Shown here: in pieces, positions 16,881 to 30,599 of the stretch
How the letters are laid out: every line of letters begins with the position of its first letter
Position numbering within the stretch: the stretch's first letter is position 1
Assembly (NCBI GenBank): GCA_002269645.1
Contig: NIVC01000570.1
Span: 248,001 to 312,000, forward strand
DNA: 64,000 nt
Source of the DNA: Macrostomum lignano
Taxonomy: Eukaryota
Direction of reading: 5' to 3'
Made by a program: the position numbers and the translations under genes
Notes under the pieces: generated by a model
What the model saw: only the letters and a program-made list of their open reading frames with translations
The model's database searches: none
What the model was told of the DNA's origin: nothing

Positions 16881-17430
16881 CAAACCACTAATAATAGAAT
16901 TCTATTATTCTATTTATAGAATTCCATGGTCTAACTTATGCTTTTAACTGTCCTCTGTCTGCCCCTGACCAGCGACTTTGCACTGTTCATAATGATACAT
17001 TGTAATCACACAGTCTAATACTACAGTACAGCACTCGTAGAGTATTGGATAATCTCAGGCAATATATTGAACTCTGGTTTGAAGGCACTTGTACCAGACG
17101 GGGACTCAATAAAACTAGAATGCCCAACTCGGGATAACACCAAAAATAAAACTCACCCCACTACTCTCAAGACTTTTATCCGACAGCTGTGCCACAGAAA
17201 GCGAAAGTCTTCAAGCCTGAGTCAGAGTCTAAACCAATGTGCTTTTACTTCCCGGATGCTCAACGCTCTCAGACGGGGCCAGTTTATCAGTAATGCGGGA
17301 CTATTTTAGTTGCCACCAGGTAAATCAAACTGCTTGGATTTGAAGAAAATGGTCTCAAAAAATCCAACCAAGTCATTAAATTTAACGCTTTATAAATTTT
17401 ATAAGTCGTCCAATAAAATTCGGCCATCCG

Positions 17431-17666
17431 ATTAGTAGAATCATTCAAGGAAATGAGTCATCATATTAGCAGAATCATTCAAGGAAATGAGTCATCAGAT
17501 TAGCAGAATCATTCAAGGAAATGAGTCATCAGATTAGCAGAATCATTCAAGGAAACGAGTCATCATATTAGCAGAATCATTCAAGGAAATGAGTCATCAG
17601 ATTAGCAGAATCATTCAAGGAAATGAGTCATCAGATTAGCAGAATCATTCAAGGAAATGAGTCATC
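17431..17666. repeat. 34-bp minisatellite (ATTAGCAGAATCATTCAAGGAAATGAGTCATCAG)
   Basis: About 6.5 tandem copies. Confidence 0.95.
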
Positions 17667-18249
17667 AATTTATATTAATCATTGAAAGCAAATACTAACT
17701 TATGGCAGTTAGCTATCAAAGGAACGATTTCTGCAACAGAGGTCAGAGCAAGTGCTCAAAAATCGATATTTTGCATATGCATCGGCACATTAAGCACTAT
17801 TATTATCGCTTCTAAATCTGCTTAAAGTGTGGCAGCTCGCTAGCTCAGCAACTGCTCTCCCAATTGTCTCGGTGGGATCATCCGAGGTCTCTAGGAAAAT
17901 TCCAATCCAGTCAGCGGGAGGCTGCCTCCCGCCGCTGTATATTTATACTGCCTTTTTCTGGTTCGGTTGGCCTCGCCATGAACTCTGCTGCGATGCCTCC
18001 GGCTGCCTCCTCCGTCCCTTGGGGTGCCAGAAAAGGGGTGCGACAGAATTTTTTATTTTTAAAATGGAACGAGGAGGGGGGCTTTTTGAACCGCCTCGGG
18101 GCGTCTGCTGACGAGCTTGTTAAAGTAAGGCATTGCCAGTTGTTAAAGTACATCGAATTAGGGCTGCGGTCCGTGTGAAACTCCAGTGCTCTCCTGTGAG
18201 CTCTAGCTTGAGTACTTCACTAATAACTAGTGCTTGAATCTCTAAATCC

Positions 18250-18725
18250 ACAAATATCAAATCCCCATCACCCGATAATCAAATCTCATCCGAAAATCAA
18301 ATCTCACCCGATAATCAAATCTCACACGATTATCAAATCTCATCCTCAATAAAAAATCTCACCCGATAATCGAATCCACACCCCAATAATCGAACCCCTA
18401 CCCTGATAGTCAGATTTCATCGGATAATCAAATCTCGTCCGATTATCAAATCTCACCCGATAATCAAATCTCATCTGAAAATCAAGTCTCACCCGATAAT
18501 CAAATCTCACCCGATTATCAAATCTCATCCGATAGTCGATTCTCACCCGATAATCAAATCCCCGCCCTCTATAATCAAATTTCGTCCCTTAATCAAATCT
18601 CATCCAAAAATCAAATCTCATCTGACTATCAAACCTCATCCGATATAATCAAATCTCACCCGATAATCAAATCTCATCTGATAGTCGATTCTCATCCGAT
18701 AATAAAATCTCACCCGATTTTCAAA
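18250..18725. repeat. Degenerate 18-bp repeat (CAAATCTCACCCGATAAT)
   Basis: More than 20 diverged copies, interrupted by short unique segments. Confidence 0.85.
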
Positions 18726-19137
18726 TCCCTAAAACCGTCCCGCCCCAGTCCGAGCCCGGGTCCTCACTCTCCTACCGCAGTATCGATTTATGTCTCCCAA
18801 AAAACCCAAAAATCAATCTCCAAGTCCAGACAGACATCTAATCTCCCGAAAATCGGTTGTAGCCAAAGACGGATTAGCAACAACGATGGGGATGTAAGAC
18901 TGAAGTAAGGCTGTGCTGCTATTTTAAACACGAGATTAGCAGCAAGTAGCGCTGGTCCATGGGGATGACAGATGTTCTCCGTGCGAAGTATTCTAATGCT
19001 GAGATCTCACTACTAATTGAGTCTATTTTCGATACCTAGCCTTCGCCGAGAGAAATTTCCTCTTTTTTCAGCACTCGATGTCTGGATGTCTAAAAACATT
19101 CTTCTTACATGTAGTTGTCTGTCGCTGAGTAGTCTAT

Positions 19138-19330
19138 GCTTGAGTAGTCTGTCTTTGAGTAGTCTGTCTTTGAGTAGTCTGTCTTTGAGTAGTCTGTCTT
19201 TGAGTAGTCTGTCTTTGAGTAGTCTGTCTTTGAGTAGTCTGTCTTTGAGTAGTCTGTCTTTGAGTAGTCTGTCTTTGAGTAGTCTGTCTTTGAGTAGTCT
19301 GTCTTTGAGTAGTCTGTCTTTGAGTAGTCT
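19138..19330. repeat. 15-bp minisatellite (TGAGTAGTCTGTCTT)
   Basis: About 13 identical copies. Confidence 0.97.
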
Positions 19331-19607
19331 ATCTACACTAATAATGAGGTACAATTAATATGGAAAAACTGTTGTTTAAACGCTTCCATCAAAATTCATG
19401 AGGGAAATTCACCCAAGTTTTCAGTTTCCTTATAGAGCAAGACCGAATCCTACTGCTCAGCCATCTTTGAGGCCATAAAGGTGTCCACAGAATACAAGCA
19501 ACAGTGCTTCCGATAATGGCTATGCTTTCACGCTAATGGATCCCAGTTCTGCGTCAATGGCGGCTTTCTGTCAGACGTCACAATTTGATTCGCTTCCAAC
19601 TCATTCC

Positions 19608-20192
<585 letters not shown>

Positions 20193-21719
20193 CAGAGAAA
20201 GCCTTACCTCATCATCTCAGAGAAAGCCTTACCTCATCATCTCAGAGAAAGCCTTACCTCCCTGCGTCTCAGAAGGCTGTCGGAGCTCCCATTGAGTTGT
20301 CCTTCATAGTTCTAGCGATGCTTCAATCGGTCTCACGCCGTCTCCTGTCTCTTATTTCCTGTCTTAAAATCGAGCGAAGCCACCCTGGGAGAATCGCTAC
20401 TAGTTAAGCCAGTCGCTCCCACCAGTGTGCGAGCTGCCCACCGCCCTCGCAGCTGATTCCCATTGGCTGGTTGTTCCTGCCGTCTCACTCTGCCCCTCAC
20501 ACCGCCACATACCAAACACGAACCCTTCGAATCTCGGAAGTCAGTCTGTCCTGAACCAAGCCAACCATTATTGCTGTCAATCCTGATCTCTCATAACTTG
20601 TTAATTTCGTTGAAGCTCATCAGAAAGTTTGGACACATGAAGCACATTATCGCCCATTGTTTCAAGTTATTGTCTGTACATAGCTCTCGGCTTTTTCAAT
20701 TCAGTTTTTTAAATAAATTCCAATAAAATTTGTGATTTTTAATAAAAAATTCTAACCGTCCTACTCGCAGTAGTCACCTGTGAAAAAGTTGCAGTAACAT
20801 TTTGAAAATCGTTTTTCGCGCATTCGCAGAAGAGGTGATTCAGAAGAGGTGATTCAGAAATCAGAAAAGATGATTTACAAGAGAAGATTCAGAAAAGGTG
20901 ATTTATTGCAGAAGAGGTGATAACTCTTCTCAATAATATTACAAAATTATACTTTTTTATAACATACGATTGAGCAGAGATGATTCAGAATGAACCGCAA
21001 AGTAGTGAATTCAAAAATAGATTTTTCCGGTTTCGGGCAATGGGGCAAAGCGGTCTTGAACTGCACAGCAGGGAGCCTACTCAATTTTAAGAAGCGGCCT
21101 TCTAGAAGCAGAAGAAGACCGAGCTCGTAAAAAGCGCGGGTTATTTCGCCCGAGTCTGTGACTGGACTTAAAAGACTCGCCAAGCGGGGGGTGCTTTTTC
21201 GCCGAAAGCAAAACAGCTGCCAGGCGAGTGCAGGGCACTAGCTATCTACCTACGCGATGCTTTTTGCAGCCGGTCAAAGATGAAAACCCGAGGGGGCTGT
21301 GAGAGCCGGAGAAAATATAATGCCGCTCAGCATCAGCTGTGGATGATGCGAGCTCGTGAGAGACTTTCTTATAGGGTCAGCTGTGCGTGTTTGAGAATTC
21401 TAATACCCTTTGCCGTCTGTTGTAGCTGGCTGGAGTTTTTTGTAAACTTGAGCCAGCAGGCAAGTGCATTGTTGGCTAAGTAGGGGGGGGGGGGGGCTGC
21501 AGTGTCAGAGAGAGAGAGGGAGTCGGTTGAGTGGCCCCAAGCAGTGCAGCTGTCTTCTCATTGGTCCAGTTGGAATTTCGCTCTTGTGCATAAATTCCAT
21601 CCAGCATTCGCCGAGACAGAAAGCCAGGTAAGGCACAGGTAGATACCCGGCCAGACAAATCTGTTTTCTACAGCTGCCCCCCCCCCCGGCAGCAGCATCC
21701 AATGCAGCGACATCAGTCG

Positions 21720-24700
21720 ATGGCTCTGACGGACTCGCAGCTTCCTCTCGGCCTGATTGACAGCCTGCTGAGCTTCCTTGGCGAGGAGCTCGAAGGCGAG
21801 CGGCTGAGCCAGCCTGCCAGAGAGCGGCAGCGAAGCCTGCTCAGCCACCTTCGTCAGCAGGTCGGTCCGGGCAGCCGCGGCGGCAGCAACGAGGCGTCGC
21901 CGAGAATTGGTGAGCTGAGCAGCTTTTGGTGGCTTCTTGGAGTGACAAGTTTGATATATTAGTAGCATGCGCTGGCGAGATAGGCACTCTGGGGTGAAAC
22001 ACTTGTCTTTTTAGCTTCAAAATTGGTGTTTTCATGTGAGGCCAAAATTTGGGTGTGCCTGTGGCGCCAAAGTTCCTGTCTGTGGCGCGAAAGTTGATGT
22101 CTGTGGCGCCAAAGTTCTTGTCTGTGGCGTCAAAGTTCCTGTCTGTGGCGCCAAAGTTCCTGTGTGTGGCGCCAAAGTTCCTGTCTGTGGCGCGAAAGTT
22201 GATGTCTGTGGCGCCAAAGTTCTTGTCTGTGGCGTCAAAGTTCCTGTCTGTGGCGCCAAAGTTCCTGTGTGTGGCGCCAAAGTTCCTGTCTGTGGCGCCA
22301 AAGTTCCTGTCTGTGGCGCCAAAGTTCCTGTCTGTGGCGCGAAAGTTGATGTCTGTGGCGCCAAAGTTCTTGTCTGTGGCGTCAAAGTTCCTGTCTGTGG
22401 CGCGAAAGTTCCTGTCTGTGGCGCGAAAGTTGATGTCTGTGGCGCCAAAGTTCTTGTCTGTGGCGTCAAAGTTCCTGTCTGTGGCGCCAAAGTTCCTGTC
22501 TGTGGCGCCAAAGTTCCTGTCTGTGGCGCCAAAGTTCCTGTCTGTGGCGCGAAAGTTCCTGTCTGTGGCGCCAAAGTTCCTGTCTGTGGCGCGAAAGTTG
22601 ATGTCTGTGGCGCCAAAGTTCTTGTCTGTGGCGCTAAAGTTCCTATCTGTGGCGCCAAAGTTCCTGTGTGTGGCGCCAAAGTATGTGTCTGTGGCGCCAA
22701 AGTTTGTGTCTGTGGCGCCAAACGTCCTGTTTGTGGCGTCAAAGTTCCTGTCTGTGGCGCCAAAGTTCCTGTCTGTGGCGCTAAAGTTCCTGTCTGTGGC
22801 GTCAAAGTTCCTGTCTGTGGCGTCAAAGTTCCTGTCTGTGGCGCCAAAGTTCCTGTCTGTGGCGTCAAAGTTCCTGTCTGTGGCGTCAAAGTTCCTGTCT
22901 GTGGCGTCAAAGTTCCTGTCTGTGGCGTCAAAGTTCCTGTCTGTGGCGTCAAAGTTCCTGTCTGTGGCGTCAAAGTTCCTATCTGTGGCGCCAAAGTTCC
23001 TGTCTGTGGCGCCAAAGTTCCTGTCTGCAATACTAGCATTGTTTAATTCCTTGAGACAAAAAATTCGTGTGTGCCTTTGACGCCAAATCCAGCAGGCCAG
23101 CATCTTTAAGTAGGTTGAGCTTCATTAAAAATAGTGTAAAAGATTTTGTTTCCCAAGAAAAAGTCTACATAGCACCGCTGGATATTGTTTAATTCTTAGA
23201 ACAATGTCTGACACAAGCTTGTGCTTTCTATGTCAGGGCTTGGTTTGGCTAAATTCCGAATATGGGCTACTGCTAAGAGTTGAGCAATTGCGCAATAGAG
23301 CATTACAAGCGCCTAGAATGACAACAACAAGCTGTGATAGACAAGGCAGAGGGGTTGACTCAAGAAAAAATTCGCTAAAAGATATTCTGCTCACCGGCGA
23401 GTGTTATTAAAAGAACTGCTTGCGCATCGCTTGCGCGCCTGTGGGCTGTCCAGAATGGAATTAATATTTTGGAGAACTGCGCAGCAGAAGAAAAAGCAAG
23501 AAAACCCTGTGCCCCCCCCCAGTCAAGCAGAGCAGAGTTGCTAACCGCATGAACTAAGTTAAGCTCTCTAACGATTGCAGGTGGGCCCAAGGCGAGGCTG
23601 TCTCTGCCGCCGCAACTGTATGATTCCAAGTGAGTTTACACTGCATGCAGCATTCAAGTTCGGAATGCAGTGAGACTCCAGCCATGGAGAGCTGGAAGTG
23701 CTGTCTGGAGTTACAATTTTGAGAAATCCTCAGGAAAATTGCCACACAAATGGACAAGAGCTGTCACTGCAATCTTTGAATCTGAAAAATCAAGTGGACT
23801 ATGGGGTATTTTCTTTCAGAAATGACTAACACAATAATACTTGACGACATCATTCCCTTCTACAATTTGCAGTTTTAGCCATGGCTCAGATGGCAGCGAG
23901 CAGTCTCTCGAAGGTAAGAGCCAGCAGTTGAATTATTAATGCTGACATGCAATTCGATTTTAAAATACTATTGCTAATTCAAATTTTGTGTCATTCTTTG
24001 CAGACTACGAAATCCCTGGCGCGCTTGTTGCAGAATCCATTCCGTAAGTCGTTGACTTGCTGGCTTACTTCCTTCCTCTGGGCCGAGCTGGGCTCCGGAA
24101 CTCGGTTATTAGTCCCCGCCCCAACACCCCCGATTCGTGTGCCAGCAGTTGACCCAATTTCTGTCCCTGGCTTCCCGGCCGACCACACCTCCAGCGACTT
24201 GGCGGTGACGTAAATCCGGTCTGGGCAACAATTTCAGTCCTGTAATTTTTTCGACTCATCGCGTTGCGTGTTCAAAACTTCTTGTGAGAGTTGACTCTGT
24301 CCACTTCCCGTCAAACAGACAAACAAGCAGTGGACACATTGGTTGAACTCATCAGACACAATGACCGTTGGCTCAACCGAGAAACCTTATTCTGTACACC
24401 CAAAAAAACAATCTTTACTTAAAAATCAATAAAATCTTTATACTCGTATGCTAAAAACATCGACACAATATTCTAAAAAATGTCAGACAACACAAACTCC
24501 CCAGACACAACCGACACAAACTCCCCAGACACAACCGACACCAACTCCGCAGACACAACCGACACCAACTCCCCAGACACAACCGACACCAACTCCCCAG
24601 ACACAACCGACACCAACTCCCCAGACACAACCGACACCAACTCACGAGACATAACCGACACCAACTCCCCAGACACAACCGACACCAACTCCCCAGACAT

Positions 24701-27632
24701 AACCGACACCAACTCCCCAGACACAACCCACACCAACTCCGCAGACACAACCGACACCAACTCCCCAGACACAACCGACACCAACTCCCCAGACACAACC
24801 GACACCAACTCCCCAGACACAACCGACACCAACTCCCCAGACACAACCGACACCAACTCCCCAGACACAACCCACACCAACTCCCCAGACACAACCGACA
24901 CCAACTCCCCAGACACAACCGACACCAACTCCCCAGACACAACCGACACCAACCTCACCAGACACAATTAATACCCCTTATAAAATACGTACAAGGAACT
25001 TTCTAACTCTTGCTACGAGTACAATGAATCAAATGAAGCATTCCCTGTTACGGTTTACAACTGTAGTTTATAACAGAAGTCTCTGTGGCTTATTTCGTTA
25101 CAAGGGCCGCCAGTTGCTCTGTCATATGCAATTTTCAGACTGCCATCTCGTCGTCGGGTCAGCGCTGGAGCCCGTCGAATGTCGGCGCTGCCTGAACAGC
25201 AGCAGCACCAGCAGCAGCAATATCAGCAGCAAAAACAACAGCAGCAGCACCCAACTCATGGTGGAGTGAGCATTGTTGGTCCTTTGTGGCACAGACGCCG
25301 TTCCTGTCGCTGGCAGCGGCTTCCTTACTGCGCCCTGCACCCGACGGGTCTGCACTGTCACAAGAGTCGCAGTGCCGGATTTCAGCAGCAGCAGCCGACA
25401 CTGTCGCTGGCCCTTGCAGGTTACACCGTGCTCTACGTGCAGCGGGAGTCACATGTGAGCTCACTTTTTAGTACTGCAAAGACATTTTTGGGTGCGACAT
25501 GCGAATTGCCTGCAGATTATTTGGTGCTCACCACTTAATTGATAAAATAGTAGCTGAGTTGGGGACTCAGTAGCTGAGTTGGGGACTCAGTAGCTGAGTT
25601 GGGGACTCAGTAGCTGAGTTGGGGACTCAGTAGCTGAGTTGGGGACTCAGTAGCTGAGTTGGGGACTCAGTAGCTGAGTTGGGGACTCAGTAGCTGAGTT
25701 GGGGACTCAGTAGCTGAGTTGGGGACTCAGTAGCTGAGTTGGGGACTCACAAGCTGAGTTGGGGACTCAGTAGCTGAGTTGGGGACTCAGTAGCTGAGTT
25801 GGAGACTCAGTAGCTGAGTTGGGGACTCAGTAGCTGAGTTGGGGACTCAGTAGCTGAGTTGGGGACTCAGTAGCTGAGTTGGGGACTCAGTAGCTGAGTT
25901 GGGGACTCAGTAGCTGAGTTGGGGACTCAGTAGCTGAGTTGGGGACTCAGTAGCTGAGTTGGGGACTCAGTAGCTGAGTTGGGGACTCAGTAGCTGAGTT
26001 GGGGACTCAGTAGCTGAGTTTGGGACGTAGCGCCTAAATACATGCCCAATGCGTCATTTGAGTTTGCTCGTAATTAGCAAAATGCTAAAACCTTAAAAAC
26101 ATGTAACCAAAAAATCATTCTGCCGCAGGCGGATCACGTTATCAAGCTGGCCCACCCCAGTCTGCCAACGCACGCTCTGGCGGCGGACACTGAGGAGCAG
26201 GCCCGCACCTGGGTGCGCCATCTGGCGGCGCACGCGGCCGGCCTGCCAACGCCCGCCTTCTGCAGCTTCCTGGCGAGTCCGACGTTGAATTCTGGTCTGC
26301 CTGCGAAGAACACAACGATGACAGCTGCTCTGGCAGACATGGAGCCCACTGACAGCGGCTTCTCCGGGCCCGTGTCGTCCAGCTCGAATGACGACACCTG
26401 CGAGCCGCCACCGCATCAGCCGCAGCAGACTCAGTCGCAGTCTTCAAACTTCTACGGCGTCGATTTGCGTCGAAAATCGCTGGCAAAATCGGCGAGTTTT
26501 TCACCTGGAGTTGGTTAGTTGTTGCTGTCTGTGAGATGTCTTGCATTTACCTGGATTGTGGTTGGTGTTTGGTGTCTGTGAGATGTCTTGCATTTACCTG
26601 GATTGTGGTTGGTGTTTGGTGTCTGTGAGATGTCTTGCATTTACCTGGATTGTGGTTGGTGTTTAGTGTCTGTGAGATGTCTTGCATTTACCTGGAGTTT
26701 GGTTGGTGGATTCCAGCCGCTTATCGACCCCCTGGCTCCACCAAACGCCGCCTTTATCCTCCCCAGAGCCGGGCCCGACCGCGTCTCTCCCTGCAGCCGC
26801 CAAAGCGTCTTCATCGACCACCGCTGGCGGGCTGCTCCGTCGCTTTCGCGAGTCCTTCAGCCTGGGTGCGGCAGTGATCGCCAGACGCCGGAAATCCAAG
26901 CTTGCGGATGACGAAGATTCAGCCGCGGCGGTGGCGGCAGCGGCAGCGACATCCAGCGCAAATCAGTGTCAGCGTTGGGATCCTGACGCTCTTCTTTCGG
27001 CGCAGACGGAAGTCAGACTGGGCCAAGAGACGGTCTGGCGTCGAAGGCAGCTGCAGCTGCGTGCTGACGGTCGGCTATACGTCTCCGAGCTCTTGTCCTC
27101 GTCGATGTCTTCGGCTGCCCAGCCTTCGACCTGCATTGAGCTGAATGGCCTGCTGTTGGCACCCGCGACAGCGCCCGGAAACTGCGGCTTCCGCCTGGCC
27201 ACGGCGACATCGCCGGAGTGGACGGCACTTGAGGCGCGCGGCCTCGGAAAGCTGGAGATCGGCGCCTGGCTCAAGCAGCTGGCCTTGGCCACTGGCCTCG
27301 CGTCCGCCTACGAGCCGCCAGCTGAGCTGCTCGACCTACCGAGCGCTCGGGCGGCCGCCCTCCGTCAGCGGCTTATGGAGGACAACGGTGGCAGAGCCGC
27401 TGTAGGACGAAGAGCCTCAATGCCCTCGGCTGCGATGGCCGAGCAGCTCCAGCAGCTGCAGCAGCAGGTCGCGCAGCTTCCCATGATGATGATGATACAG
27501 CAGCAGCAGCAGCAGCCGCCAGTACTGGAGCGGCAGCACTCGATGATGTGGCGGCCGCTGCCGCCGACGCCAGTTGAGGCGCAGAGGCGGGGCTCGCTTC
27601 TGTTGCCAGCTCAGTCCGCGAGCTACTGGTAG
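21720..27632 (+). CDS. AFAP/XB130-like adaptor with two PH domains (~626 aa, 7 exons)
   Basis: Exons 21720-21909, 23581-23629, 23879-23913, 24004-24043, 25139-25454, 26129-26513 and 26767-27632, all with AG/GT borders and matching phases (1,2,1,2,0,1; 1881 nt). The N-terminus LIDSLLSFLGEELEGERLSQPARERQRSLL resembles the AFAP-family N-terminal helix. YDS and DYEIP Tyr motifs. PH1: GPLW...WQRLPYCAL...HVIKLAH...AADTEEQARTWVRHL. PH2: WRRRQLQLRADGRLY...GAWLKQL. An in-frame ATG also lies at 21702. Confidence 0.82.
22059..23027. repeat. 21-bp minisatellite in AFAP-like intron 1 (GTGGCGCCAAAGTTCCTGTCT)
   Basis: About 46 copies with patterned variants. Confidence 0.97.
24483..24965. repeat. 24-bp minisatellite (CCCCAGACACAACCGACACCAACT) in AFAP-like intron 4
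   Basis: About 20 copies; gives 8-aa periodic ORFs. Confidence 0.97.
25551..26026. repeat. 20-bp self-complementary minisatellite (TAGCTGAGTTGGGGACTCAG) in the intron splitting PH1
   Basis: About 23 copies; CTGAGT and ACTCAG are reverse complements. Confidence 0.97.
26500..26710. repeat. 47-bp tandem repeat overlapping the AFAP-like exon-6 donor
   Basis: TGTCTGTGAGATGTCTTGCATTTACCTGGATTGTGGTTGGTGTTTGG at 26526, 26573, 26620 and 26667 (last copy partial). Confidence 0.9.
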
Positions 27633-27799
27633 ACCAGTCTCAGCAGCAGTGAATCAACTAACCTGATAAACTAATCCGCTTCGCTGCTTCATCACTTGCA
27701 AAAGTCAACTTCCCGAAATTCCAGCCGCTATCTGTCCTGGCATTTGACGGCCTCACCCGAAACCCACGACATTACCTGGAACTTATGACGTCTTCACTG

Positions 27800-28292
27800 G
27801 GCCCACGACATCCCCTCGAACCCAAGACCTCCCCTGGAACCCACGACCTCCCCTGGAACCCACGATCTCCCCTGAAACCCACGACCTCCCCTGAAACCCA
27901 CGACCTCCCCTGGAACCCACGATCTCCCCTGGAACCCACGATCTCCCCTGGAACCCACGACCTCCCCTGAAACCCACGACCTCCCCTGGAACCCACGATC
28001 TCCCCTGGAACCCACGACCTCCCCTGGAACCCACGACCTACCCTGGAACCCACGACTCCCCTGGAACCCACGATCTCCCCTGGAACCCACGACATCCCCT
28101 AACCCACGATCTCCCCTGGAACCCACGACATCCCCTGGAACCCACGACCTCCCCTGGAACCCACGACTCCCCTGGAACCCACGATCTCCCCTGGAACCCA
28201 CGACCTACCCTGGAACCCACGACTCCCCTGGAACCCACGATCTCCCCTGGAACCCACGACCTCCCCTGGAACCCATGATCTTCTTTGGAACC
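27800..28292. repeat. ~19-bp minisatellite (CCACGACCTCCCCTGGAAC)
   Basis: About 25 copies just 3' of the AFAP-like stop codon. Confidence 0.95.
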
Positions 28293-29093
28293 CAAATTCT
28301 ACCCTTCAACAGGCCTCCCCAGATATTTCTTCTAGTTTCTATTTAATGTCAATGTCAATCTCAAACACGGATTTCAAGATTTTGTCAATAATCAATCGAT
28401 CAATCGATCTTGACTAAAAGTGTAATGGTTCTCAACCTTATGTTAAATCTACAATCCAGTGTTTGAAAACAATTGTTATAATTATGAACTATATTTCAAA
28501 CCCATGTTCACAGTCTGGAGTATGAATGTAATGCTTATAACTTCAAAACGAAATCAAATAATTTCGAAGCAATCCATACTACTGAAAATATTTTCATGAG
28601 TAGAGGGTAGTGGCCAAGCATAGTCTTATTATTTTTCACCTCTAATGAGTTTGTAGAAAGCTTATACTAATATTTAATTAGAGCAGACTCTTTATTACTT
28701 TATTTTCATTCATTTTTTCCTCACTCAAAGCGCCTCAACGTCATTAACTGGAACTTCTTTCAAAGTGTTTAGTTAAAAAGTTTTTTGCAAAAGCATTGCT
28801 TTGAAAAGAAGACGCCAGGCCTTCGCAAGAAGATTTTTCTGTAAGTTTTGAACAGCACTGGTTCGCGACAGCCTTCCCCGTTTCTTTTTTTCACCTTTCG
28901 CAGCAGTGGGGAGACCGCTGCACGTTCGCGTCCCTGTCGATTTCTTCGCATTATTCGAATAAATTTTCAGCAATACTCAATGCTGAAATTGTTTGGCAGA
29001 GTTAATTATTCATTTCTGCAGCAATCCAAAACTTTGAAAGCATCGATTGCACAACACAAATGCCTCTGAAGTTCGGTTGCAAATGTTACCAGT

Positions 29094-30170
29094 AGTTAAT
29101 AGCCATGCAGTTGCAAATGTAAGTTAATAGCCATGCAGTTGCAAATGTAAGTTAATAGCCATGCAGTTGCAAATGTAAGTTAATAGCCATGCAGTTGCAA
29201 ATGTAAGTTAATAGCCATGCAGTTGCAAATGTAAGTTAATAGCCATGCAGTTGCAAATGTAAGTTAATAGCCATGCAGTTGCAAATGTAAGTTAATAGCC
29301 ATGCAGTTGCAAATGTAAGTTACTAGTCATTTGCAAATTTCAGTTAACAGTCAGTTGCAAATTTTATAGTTAATAGTCAGTTGCAAATTTTATAGTTAAT
29401 AGTCAGTTGCAAATGTCAGTTAATAGTCAGTTGCAAATGTCAGTTAACAGTCAGTTGCAAATGTCAGTTAACAGTCAGTTGCAAATGTCAGTTAACAGTC
29501 AGTTGCAAATGTTAGTTAACAGTCAGTTGCAAATGTTAGTTAACAGTCAGTTGCAAATGTTAGTTAACAGTCAGTTGCAAATGTCAGTTAACAGTCAGTT
29601 GCAAATGTCAGTTAACAGTCAGTTGCAAATGTTAGTTAACAGTCAGTTGCAAATGTCAGTTAACAGTCAGTTGCAAATGTTAGTTAATAGTCAGTTGCAA
29701 ATGTTAGTTAACAGTCAGTTGCAAATGTTAGTTAATAGTCAGTTGCAAATGTAAGTTAACAGTCAGTTGCCAATGTTAGTTAACAGTCAGTTGCAAATGT
29801 TAGTTAACAGTCAGTTGCAAATGTCAGTTAACAGTCAGTTGCAAATGTTAGTTAACAGTCAGTTGCAAATGTCAGTTAACAGTCAGTTGCAAATGTCAGT
29901 TAACAGTCAGTTGCAAATGTCAGTTAACAGTCAGTTGCAAATGTTAGTTAACAGTCAGTTGCAAATGTTAGTTAATAGTCAGTTGCAAATGTAAGTTAAC
30001 AGTCAGTTGCAAATGTCAGTTAACAGTCAGTTGCAAATGTCAGTTAACAGTCAGTTGCAAATGTCAGTTAACAGTCAGTTGCAAATGTTAGTTAACAGTC
30101 AGTTGCAAATGTTAGTTAACAGTCAGTTGCAAATGTTAGTTAACAGTCAGTTGCCAATGTTAGTTAATAG
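29094..30170. repeat. Compound minisatellite: 28-bp unit grading into a 24-bp unit (AGTTAACAGTCAGTTGCAAATGTC)
   Basis: AGTTAATAGCCATGCAGTTGCAAATGTA x8, then CAGTTAACAGTCAGTTGCAAATGT x~35. Confidence 0.96.
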
Positions 30171-30599
30171 TACACATTTACCTGAGCATTCCGCTGTCCG
30201 CTGACTAATTTCGCTGTCAAGCCGTGTCTGCAAAACAAATGCTTTTTCCCTCTCGACTTTCCACTCCACTGATTGAAATCATTGGGCTCCGCCGCCACCC
30301 GACGCCACTAACCCCCACAAATCCATTGGAAGGGGCGGCTTGCCTGTGCAAATATTAATGTCGTAGCATCTCTCTCACTCTCTCTCTCTCTCCGCGCTTG
30401 CGCGCTTGACTGAAGATCGCACTGGTTCGAATGCATGCAGAATTCGGAATGCAACCCGGGGATTCTGTCTGGACCGGAATTTAAAGTGCGCCCCATCCGG
30501 TCACGCACGGATTGCAGTGGTGATGCGAAATACTTTTGCTGAAAATGTCATTGGGGGCGGGCGAGAGAGCGAACGTTTGAGAGACAGAGTGAGAATGCG

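Noticed and set aside
23881-24043. Alternative reading of the microexons as MAQMAASSLSK-TTKSLARLLQNPF
   Set aside because: That frame enters the 25139 exon out of frame with the PH domain and stops at ~25269.
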